The notes under the pieces: model-generated
Seen by the model: only the letters and a program-made list of their open reading frames with translations
What the model was told of the DNA's origin: nothing
The model's database searches: none
Position numbers and translations under genes: made by a program
Assembly: GCA_947489925.1 (NCBI GenBank)
Contig: CANLFK010000002.1
Coordinates: forward strand, 1 to 33,175
Direction of reading: 5' to 3'
DNA from: Candidatus Caenarcanales bacterium
GTDB taxonomy: Bacteria; Cyanobacteriota; Vampirovibrionia; Caenarcaniphilales; Caenarcanaceae
Length of the DNA stretch: 33,175 nucleotides
Shown: piece by piece, positions 17,970-25,262 of the stretch
How the letters are laid out: every line of letters starts with the position of its first letter
Position numbering within the stretch: position 1 is the first letter of the stretch

Positions 17970-20339
17970 ATGGCCCTCTCTAATACTGCTCAAAATATTA
18001 TGATTCCTCAGTCAATTGAAGCTGAGCAAGCTGTTTTGGGTTGTATTATGACAAATAATGAAATCTTTGGTGAAATATTAGAAGTATTTAGCGAAAATTA
18101 TCGTATTTTTTATGATTTAACTCATCAGAAAATTTTTGAAGTATTTGTAACTTTAAATCGTGAAAAAAAGCCAATTGACATTATTACCGTTATTGACAGA
18201 TTAACAATTAATGGACAATTAGATGAAGTTGGCGGACATGAATATTTAGTTAATTTGGCAGAAAGTGCTTCAATTGGTGGAAATGCAATTTATTATGCTC
18301 AAATTATCCAAGAAAAATTTACGCTTAGGCAATTAATCAAGGCTGGCAATAAAATCATTGAGAATTCTTTTAAATCAAATAATGTTGATGAAGTTTTAGA
18401 TGAAGCTCAACAAAGTATTTTTGCGATTGGAGCTAAGCGGTCAAATAATAGCTTAATGCGTATCGATGAAATTACTACGCCAGTTTGGAAGCAAATAGAA
18501 GAGAGATATGAAAATCAGGGTTCATTACTGGGTACTTCTTCTGGATTTATTGATTTGGATAATATGACGGCTGGATTACAAAAATCAGATTTGGTTATTG
18601 TTGCTGCTAGGCCATCTATGGGGAAATGCTTAGGAAAAGGAACAAAAGTTTTAATGTTTGATGGTTCTCTCAAAAAAGTTGAAGACATTAAAGAAGGTGA
18701 TACCTTAATGGGTGATGATTCCCTGCCAAGAAAAGTTTCCTCAATAGCTTCTGGTATAGAAAAAATGTATTGGGTTAAACAAAACAAAGCCATTGATTAT
18801 AGAGTAAATGAAAGCCATATTTTATCCCTGAAGCGTAGTAGAAATGAGGGTAAATTTAAAAAAGGTGAAGTTTTAAATATTTCGATTAAAGATTATTTAG
18901 CAAAATCTGATAAATTCAAGACAAATTACAAAGGATATAAAGTAGCCGTAGAGTTTGCCGAAAAAGAATTGGCGCTTCAACCTTATTTTTTAGGTCTATG
19001 GTTAGGAGATGGTCATTCATATAGTTCAAGAATTACGACTATTGATAATGAAGTTATTGAATATTTGAGTGAATATGCAGAGAGCTTGAAATTAAAACTT
19101 GTTAAATATAGTCAGATTAATCGAACACCAGACTATGGTATTACAAAAGGCGGCATAAAAAAAACTAAAACAGACAATAATATACAAGCTGAGCTAAGAA
19201 AGCTGAATTTACTTAGAAATAAACATATTCCAAATAATTATTTAATAAACTCAACTCAAAATCGCTTAAATTTATTGGCTGGTTTATTGGATAGCGACGG
19301 TTATTATGATAAAAATTTTAATTGCTATGAAATCGTTCAGAAAAATTTACAACTCGCAAATCAAATTAAATTTCTTTGTGATTCTTTAGGATTTAAAGTT
19401 TCATTAAAAAAGAAAAATGCAACTATAAAATCAATTGGTTTTAAAACTGAGGTTTATCGTATAAGGATTTTTGGTGATTTAGATAAAATACCTGTTCTGA
19501 TTCAACGCAAAAAAGCTCGCCCTTTACAATCAAAAGCCGACTGGAGAGTTACTGGAATTCAAGTTGAATATGATAAAGAAGATGAATATTATGGATTTAC
19601 AATAGACGGAAATCATTTGTTTTTGCTAGAGGACATGACTGTTACCCACAATACCGCATTTTGTTTGAATATTGCTGAATATGTTGGTGTGGTGGAAAAG
19701 TGTCCAGTAGCGGTTTTTAGCTTAGAAATGTCTAAAACACAACTTGTAAACCGTATGATTTGTAGCATTAGTGGAGTTGATTCACAAAGAATAAGAACTG
19801 GTAATTTACGAAATGAAGATTGGGATCGAATTAGCCATGCAATTGGTGTTTTGTCGGGAGCACAAATTTATATTGATGATACAGCCGCTTTAACGGTCAT
19901 GGATATTAGAACTAAAGCTCGTAAACTTAAAACCGAAAAAAAAGACTTAGGTTTAATTGTGATTGATTATTTACAACTTATGTCTGGGTCTGGCAAAGAA
20001 AACCGTACTCAAGAGATTTCTGAGATTTCAAGAGGTTTAAAAAGTTTAGCTCGTGAATTGAATGTACCAATTATTGCTCTTAGCCAGTTATCTCGTGGTG
20101 TAGAAGCCAGAACTGATAAAAGACCAATGCTTTCAGATTTAAGAGAATCGGGTGCTATTGAACAAGATGCTGATATGGTGGTGTTTTTGTATCGACATGA
20201 ATATTATGAGCCAAATGACACTTCCCGAAGCGGAGAATGTGAAGTTATTATTGCCAAACAAAGAAATGGCCCAGTTGGAACGGTTAAATTAAGCTTTCAT
20301 GGAGCGACAACTCGTTTTAATAATTATGCAAAGGAATAA
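17970..20339 (+). CDS. dnaB: Replicative DNA helicase DnaB, interrupted by an intein (447-aa extein plus 342-aa intein)
   Basis: The N-terminus IPQSIEAEQAVLGCIM is typical of DnaB. Walker A is split as ARPSMGK|C...HN|TAF. The C-terminal part has the DnaB/RecA-like blocks (IVIDYLQLM, EISRGLK.LARELNVPIIALSQLSR, AKQRNGP). Confidence 0.95.
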   Translation: MALSNTAQNIMIPQSIEAEQAVLGCIMTNNEIFGEILEVFSENYRIFYDLTHQKIFEVFVTLNREKKPIDIITVIDRLTINGQLDEVGGHEYLVNLAESASIGGNAIYYAQIIQEKFTLRQLIKAGNKIIENSFKSNNVDEVLDEAQQSIFAIGAKRSNNSLMRIDEITTPVWKQIEERYENQGSLLGTSSGFIDLDNMTAGLQKSDLVIVAARPSMGKCLGKGTKVLMFDGSLKKVEDIKEGDTLMGDDSLPRKVSSIASGIEKMYWVKQNKAIDYRVNESHILSLKRSRNEGKFKKGEVLNISIKDYLAKSDKFKTNYKGYKVAVEFAEKELALQPYFLGLWLGDGHSYSSRITTIDNEVIEYLSEYAESLKLKLVKYSQINRTPDYGITKGGIKKTKTDNNIQAELRKLNLLRNKHIPNNYLINSTQNRLNLLAGLLDSDGYYDKNFNCYEIVQKNLQLANQIKFLCDSLGFKVSLKKKNATIKSIGFKTEVYRIRIFGDLDKIPVLIQRKKARPLQSKADWRVTGIQVEYDKEDEYYGFTIDGNHLFLLEDMTVTHNTAFCLNIAEYVGVVEKCPVAVFSLEMSKTQLVNRMICSISGVDSQRIRTGNLRNEDWDRISHAIGVLSGAQIYIDDTAALTVMDIRTKARKLKTEKKDLGLIVIDYLQLMSGSGKENRTQEISEISRGLKSLARELNVPIIALSQLSRGVEARTDKRPMLSDLRESGAIEQDADMVVFLYRHEYYEPNDTSRSGECEVIIAKQRNGPVGTVKLSFHGATTRFNNYAKE
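18627..19652 (+). mobile_element. DnaB intein with a LAGLIDADG homing-endonuclease domain (342 aa, residues 220-561 of the ORF)
   Basis: It starts with Cys (CLGKGTKVLMFDG, block A) and has a block B-like VNESHILSL. Two LAGLIDADG motifs are present (YFLGLWLGDGHS and LLAGLLDSDGYY). It ends ...LFLLEDMTVTHN, followed by Thr, which restores the GKT of the P-loop. Confidence 0.9.
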
Positions 20340-20344
20340 ATATT

Positions 20345-22078
20345 TTAAGCATTTACCGTTAATTGTTTCTTCCAGAGCTTTTGATAAATTTCACTATTTT
20401 TCAATAAATAATCACTATTTCCAGACTCAATACAAGCTCCTTTTTCAATAATATAAATTTGTTCAGCTTGTCTTAAAGACGAAATACGATGAGTAATTAA
20501 AATTAAAGTTTGTTTTTGTTCTTTTAAATATTCTTGTAATTCATTTAAGATTTTTAAGCCAATTTCATTATCTACGCTCGACAAGGCATCATCCAAAATT
20601 AAAATGCGTGGTTTTTTGATAATTGCTCTAGCTAATGCAATTCTTTGAGCTTGCCCACCCGATAAAGAAACTCCTTTTTCACCGACTAAAGTATTGTAAG
20701 CTTCTGGCATTTTACTAATTTCTGTGTGTATTTGAGCAATCTCAGAGGCTTTTATCATTTCCTCCTCTGAAGCTCCAGAGCCTAATAAAATATTGTCTTT
20801 AATGCTTTTATTAAATAAAAATGTTTCTTGCGGTATTAAAGCAACTGATTGTCTTAGAGAGCTTAAAGAATAATTATTTATATCTTGTTCATCAATAAAA
20901 ATCGAATTTGGTTTTATATCAATTAATCGCATTAAAGCATTAGCCAAAGTACTTTTTCCAGAGCCAATTAAACCGACAATACCAACAAATTTTCCACCTT
21001 TAATTTCGATATTTAAATTATTTAAGGCTTTTTGTTCAGTGTCTGGGAATTGAAAGTCTAAATTTTGAATTTTAATATTAGCTTCTTTTACTACGATTAA
21101 AGCCGGGTTAGCAGAATTATCAATAATATGTGCTTTTTCATCAAAGACTTCTTTTATTCTTTGTACGCTAACAGCCCCTCTCTGAAAAATGGTAATTAAC
21201 CAGCCCATAATAGCGGTGGGGAATAAAAGCCTTTCTAGGTAAATTAAAAAAGCCGCAATTGTGCCAGCTGACAAAAGCCCTTTGCTGACATAAAAAAGCA
21301 ATATAAAAAAACTAATACCTCGAGCAAGTTCCATAATTGGCCAAATAATACCTCTCCAGCGGGCTAATTCGGTTGAAGTATTTAAATATTTATTATTAAC
21401 TTTTTCAAATCTTTCAATTTCTCGGGTTTCTTGGCTATAAGATTTAATTACTTGTATGCCATTTAAATCTTCTTCGATGAATGAGCTTAATGAGCCTAAT
21501 TGTTCTTGAGCTTCAATTTGTTTGGTTTTGAGTTGTAGGCTTAAATGCCTGACTAACATAAATATGGGTAAATAACCTAGCAAAATATAAAAAGTTAGTG
21601 ATGCATTGAGCTTAAACATAATCGGTAAAGTCAAAAGATAAACCCAGACAATATTGACAATATTTAATAAACCAAAACCCATCATTTGCCTAATAGCTAA
21701 AATATCATTGGTCGCACGGGAAATTAAATCGCCAATTCTTTGTGTACTAAAATAAGCTAAATCAAGCTTTAATAAATGTTCATAAAAGTTTTGTTTCTGC
21801 TCTGATTCAACACGCCGACCAATACCAAATAATACAATTCGTGATGCTGTGCGAATACCAGCCATTAAGAGAGCTAAAATTATAACCAAACTTAAATTAA
21901 ATAAAATATTTTGATCTATTTTTAAATTATTTTTGACTAAATTATCAATTAAAGACTTGATCAGTAAAGGTATATAAACGCCTAGTCCATTTGTGGCGAT
22001 TAGCAAAAAAGTACCCAAAGAAATTTCTTTTGCGTAAAGCTTAACCTGATTAAAAAAGAATTGAACTGAAATAGACAT
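20345..22078 (-). CDS. ABC transporter, fused permease/ATP-binding protein (MsbA/multidrug-exporter type)
   Basis: 577 aa. The N-terminal half has six hydrophobic helices. Walker A is GLIGSGKST, the signature is LSGGQAQR, and Walker B is ILILDDALS. Confidence 0.9.
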   Translation of the reverse strand: MSISVQFFFNQVKLYAKEISLGTFLLIATNGLGVYIPLLIKSLIDNLVKNNLKIDQNILFNLSLVIILALLMAGIRTASRIVLFGIGRRVESEQKQNFYEHLLKLDLAYFSTQRIGDLISRATNDILAIRQMMGFGLLNIVNIVWVYLLTLPIMFKLNASLTFYILLGYLPIFMLVRHLSLQLKTKQIEAQEQLGSLSSFIEEDLNGIQVIKSYSQETREIERFEKVNNKYLNTSTELARWRGIIWPIMELARGISFFILLFYVSKGLLSAGTIAAFLIYLERLLFPTAIMGWLITIFQRGAVSVQRIKEVFDEKAHIIDNSANPALIVVKEANIKIQNLDFQFPDTEQKALNNLNIEIKGGKFVGIVGLIGSGKSTLANALMRLIDIKPNSIFIDEQDINNYSLSSLRQSVALIPQETFLFNKSIKDNILLGSGASEEEMIKASEIAQIHTEISKMPEAYNTLVGEKGVSLSGGQAQRIALARAIIKKPRILILDDALSSVDNEIGLKILNELQEYLKEQKQTLILITHRISSLRQAEQIYIIEKGACIESGNSDYLLKNSEIYQKLWKKQLTVNA

Positions 22079-22083
22079 TTTTT
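22045..22083. repeat. 39-bp direct repeat, copy A (covers the ATG and the first 11 codons of the ABC exporter gene)
   Basis: cctgattaaaaaagaattgaacTgaaatagacatttttt. It is identical to 22447-22485 except for one base. Confidence 0.9.
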
Positions 22084-22099
22084 ATTGAATTAATTGTTA

Positions 22100-22432
22100 T
22101 TAAATTAGTTGTTTTGCTCTAGTTTTTGCACACTCAGCAATAAATTTATTTAAACTTGTGCCAGCTTTTTTTGCTGCTAAAGAAATAATTATATGATCTT
22201 GTGGTTCAATTCTTAAAGTTATATTTCCAGAGTATGGCTTTTCAGGTTTAAGCCCGAGCTTTTCGCAAAAATTAAGATAATCATTTACTGCTTCTTGAAA
22301 ACCTTTTCTCAATGAATTAACGGAATCACCTTCAAAACTAATCAGAGATTTAATCCCAGCAATTTTTCCATAAAATAAATTATCTTCGTCTGAATAGTCT
22401 AATTCAGCATAAAAATTTTTATATTTCATCAT
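22100..22432 (-). CDS. hicB: HicB-family antitoxin (COG4226-type, RHH C-terminus), with no cognate hicA
   Basis: 110 aa. YKNFYAELDYSDEDNLFYGKIAGIKSLISFEGDSVNSLRKGFQEAVNDYLNFCEKLGLKPEKPYSGNITLRIEPQDH...AAKKAGTSLNKFI follows the HicB consensus almost block for block (YKGY.GSVEFS.ED..F.GK..GI.D.ISFEG.SV.EL...F.EAVDDYL..C...G..PEKP.SG.F.LR..PELH...A...G.SLN.F). Confidence 0.8.
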   Translation of the reverse strand: MMKYKNFYAELDYSDEDNLFYGKIAGIKSLISFEGDSVNSLRKGFQEAVNDYLNFCEKLGLKPEKPYSGNITLRIEPQDHIIISLAAKKAGTSLNKFIAECAKTRAKQLI

Positions 22433-22446
22433 ATTTATATCTTAGT

Positions 22447-22485
22447 CCTGATTAAAAAAGAATTGAACCGAAATAGACATTTTTT
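22447..22485. repeat. 39-bp direct repeat, copy B (relic copy of the ABC exporter 5' end, now a 12-codon mini-ORF upstream of hicB)
   Basis: cctgattaaaaaagaattgaacCgaaatagacatttttt. On the minus strand it reads ATG TCT ATT TCG GTT CAA TTC TTT TTT AAT CAG GAC TAA (22480-22442). The stop lies 9 nt before the hicB ATG. Confidence 0.9.
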
Positions 22486-22591
22486 GTAATTTTATTATAA
22501 TAAAGAACTTTTACTCATAATGAAAGCACGGCAAATTACTGATAAACAATGTTAAGATCTGAAAAAATTTTGTTTAAAAAGGTAATCTTCT

Positions 22592-23506
22592 GTGAGCTTA
22601 TATCCAAATGTTTATTTTGAAGGAAAATTTGTAAGTGCCGAAAAAGCCAAAATTAGTGTTTCAACGCATGCTTTTTTGTATGGAACTTCAGTCTTTGAAG
22701 GAATTAGAGCTTACTGGAATGAAAAAGAAGGCAAATCTTATATTTTTCGCCCTTTAGAGCATTATCAAAGATTAAAACAAAGTGCCAAAATCCTAAGAAT
22801 TGAAATTAAGCAATCACCTGAACAATTAGTCGAATTAACAAAAGAATTAATTAATTTAAATAAACCAAAAGAAGATGCTTATATCAGACCAATTGCTTAT
22901 AAAGCTGATTTACGAATTGGGCCAGCTCTTTTAAATAATAAAGATGAATTTTGTCTTTTTGCTCTTCCAATGGGTGATTATATTGATACAACTAAAGGTA
23001 TTTCGGTAACGGTATCCAGCTGGCGAAGAGTAGAAGATAATGCTATACCAGCCAGAGCCAAAATTGCTGGTAGTTATGTGAATACGGCTTTGGCTAAAAC
23101 CGATGCACTTTTAAGTAATTTTGCTGATGCTATTGTTTTGGACGAAAGAGGTCATGTAGCGGAAGGAAGTGCCATGAATTTAATTTTAGTGCGGAATGGC
23201 AAATTAATTACTAGCCCTGTAACCGATAATATACTCGAAGGAATTACCAGAAGTACAATTATTCAATTAGCCAAAGACGAATTAGGACTTGAAACCGAAG
23301 AAAGAACGATTGACCGCACCGAATTATATATTGCTGATGAAATGTTTTTCTGTGGAACTGGAGCACAAATTAGCCCAATTACTTCGGTGGATTATTATAA
23401 AATTGGAGATGGTGAAGTTGGAGCAATTACCACTAAATTAAAAGATTTGTATTTTGCTTTGGTGCATAATCAATTGCCTAAATATTCAAACTGGTGTATT
23501 TCTTAA
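22592..23506 (+). CDS. ilvE: Branched-chain-amino-acid aminotransferase (class IV PLP fold)
   Basis: 304 aa with a GTG start. It shows YGTSVFEGIRAY, EGSAMNLILVRNGKLITSP, ILEGITR and FFCGTGAQISPI. Confidence 0.8.
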   Translation: MSLYPNVYFEGKFVSAEKAKISVSTHAFLYGTSVFEGIRAYWNEKEGKSYIFRPLEHYQRLKQSAKILRIEIKQSPEQLVELTKELINLNKPKEDAYIRPIAYKADLRIGPALLNNKDEFCLFALPMGDYIDTTKGISVTVSSWRRVEDNAIPARAKIAGSYVNTALAKTDALLSNFADAIVLDERGHVAEGSAMNLILVRNGKLITSPVTDNILEGITRSTIIQLAKDELGLETEERTIDRTELYIADEMFFCGTGAQISPITSVDYYKIGDGEVGAITTKLKDLYFALVHNQLPKYSNWCIS

Positions 23507-23594
23507 ATTATTTAGCTTAAGAATAAAAATTAATTTCAATTTCGTTTTATAATCAAAAAATGTTTTCCAAATTAAATAATTATAAAGATTAATT

Positions 23595-24959
23595 ATGACT
23601 ATAACCAGCAAATCAAATTCAGCTCGCAAAGAATTAAGTAGCTCTCAAATTACCGAAATTGCTAGAGCGGAAGATGTCCAGCATATTCAATTACAATTTG
23701 TAGATTTGCATGGTCGTCCTAAGCAAATGACTGTTCATGTCGATATGCTAGACAAAGTTCTTAATAATGAAATTATGCTTGATGGCTCTTCGATTGCTGG
23801 TTTTCGTTCGATTGAAACCTCAGATATGTTTTTCTTCCCCGATAAAGCCACTTTTCAGGTTTTGCCTTGGACTCAAGGTGGAAAAAAAGCCGCTAGATTA
23901 ATTTGTGATATTTATAATCCAGACGGAACTCCTTTTGAAGGCTGTCCACGCAATAATTTAAAAAGAGTTCTCAAAAAAGCTTCTGACCTTGGTTATGTTT
24001 TTAATGTTGGCCCAGAGCTTGAATTCTTCTTATTCAAAAAAGACAGTAAAGGCAATGTTACGATGGATACCCACGATGCGGCTGGTTATTATGATTTAGC
24101 ACCCGATGATTTAGCTGAAGATGTCAGAAGCAGAATTACGGAAGTTTTAGAGAGCTTAGGTTTTAATATTGAAGCGTCTCACCATGAAGTAGCTGAAGGA
24201 CAACATGAAATTGATTTTCAATACGGTGATGCTTTAATGACTGCTGATAATGTTGTTAATTTCAAAATTGTAACTCGCAAAATTGCCTCTGATTATGGTT
24301 TGCACGCCACTTTTATGCCTAAGCCAGTTTTTGGTATTAATGGATCTGGTATGCATTGTAATCAATCTTTGGGTGATATTAATGGCAATAATACATTTTT
24401 AGATGAAAAAGCTGAATATCAATTGAGCCAAAAATCACTTTATTATATTGGTGGGCTTTTAAAATATATTCGTGAATTTGCCGTTGTAACCAATCCTTTG
24501 GTCAATAGCTATAAACGATTAATACCTGGATATGAAGCACCTGTTTATATTGCTTGGTCACCTTCCAATCGTAGTGCCTTAATTAGAGTTCCAGCCAAAA
24601 GAGGAAAATCTACTCGTATTGAACTTCGCTCTCCAGATCCAAGTTGTAATCCTTATTTAGCTTTTGCGGTTATGCTAACGGCTGGCTTAAAAGGAATTGA
24701 AGATAAAATCGCTCCACCAGCTCCAACTCAGGTTAATATTTATGATATGAATGAAGCGGAAAGATTAGAGCATTCAATACCAAGTTTGCCGGGTAGTTTG
24801 TATGAAGCACTTGAAGAATTCAAAAAAAGTGATTTAGCGAGAGAAGCTTTGGGCGAGCATATTTATAATGAATTTATTAAAGCGAAAACTCGTGAATGGG
24901 ATGAATACAGAACTTATGTTTCAGCTTGGGAAGTAGATAAATATTTGCAAAGATTTTAA
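23595..24959 (+). CDS. glnA: Glutamine synthetase, type I
   Basis: 454 aa. It shows LQFVDLHG, DGSSIAGF, GPELEFFLF, HHEVAEGQHEIDF, KPVFGINGSGMHCNQS, NSYKRL and RIELRSPDPSCNPYLAFA. Confidence 0.95.
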   Translation: MTITSKSNSARKELSSSQITEIARAEDVQHIQLQFVDLHGRPKQMTVHVDMLDKVLNNEIMLDGSSIAGFRSIETSDMFFFPDKATFQVLPWTQGGKKAARLICDIYNPDGTPFEGCPRNNLKRVLKKASDLGYVFNVGPELEFFLFKKDSKGNVTMDTHDAAGYYDLAPDDLAEDVRSRITEVLESLGFNIEASHHEVAEGQHEIDFQYGDALMTADNVVNFKIVTRKIASDYGLHATFMPKPVFGINGSGMHCNQSLGDINGNNTFLDEKAEYQLSQKSLYYIGGLLKYIREFAVVTNPLVNSYKRLIPGYEAPVYIAWSPSNRSALIRVPAKRGKSTRIELRSPDPSCNPYLAFAVMLTAGLKGIEDKIAPPAPTQVNIYDMNEAERLEHSIPSLPGSLYEALEEFKKSDLAREALGEHIYNEFIKAKTREWDEYRTYVSAWEVDKYLQRF

Positions 24960-24972
24960 ATTTTGTTAAAAA

Positions 24973-25143
24973 ATGAAAACCGAAATAATTATCCGTTTAC
25001 TTATTTCGGTTTTAGTATCTCTATGCTTATTTATTTTTAACTTTTTATATATTCCTCCTTCTCCTCTTCCCGAGTATCATTGTGGATTGGCGGTGACTAT
25101 TAAGCCTTACACGACAAAGATAAAAATAAAATTATTTACATAA
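24973..25143 (+). CDS. Possible 56-aa single-pass membrane peptide upstream of the SIR2 gene (speculative)
   Basis: Hand translation: MKTEIIIRLLISVLVSLCLFIFNFLYIPPSPLPEYHCGLAVTIKPYTTKIKIKLFT*. It has one clear hydrophobic helix. It falls below the ORF-track length cutoff and overlaps the terminator hairpin, so it may be fortuitous. Confidence 0.2.
   Translation: MKTEIIIRLLISVLVSLCLFIFNFLYIPPSPLPEYHCGLAVTIKPYTTKIKIKLFT
24976..25014 (+). terminator. Putative intrinsic terminator of glnA
   Basis: There is a 13-bp perfect stem, aaaaccgaaataa (24976-24988) with ttatttcggtttt (25001-25013), and a 12-nt loop. It begins 17 nt after the glnA stop and runs into a T tract. The stem is AT-rich. The same sequence can also be read as the start of a 56-codon ORF (next feature). 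Confidence 0.5.
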
Positions 25144-25262
25144 TAAATATCTGAAAAAAGTTTGTCTTTAATTAATATGTTTAAAATAGAATTACTCTTT
25201 CTAAAGTTTTAAAATTAAGTTTGCTATTCTTGATCTTTATATTTATTTGATTATTTGGATTT

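Noticed and set aside
22433-22591. Search for a hicA toxin gene next to hicB.
   Set aside because: The minus-strand region upstream of hicB contains only the 12-codon relic of the ABC gene and very short ORFs. Downstream comes the ABC exporter immediately. No hicA-sized ORF of about 60-80 aa exists, so hicB is called an orphan.
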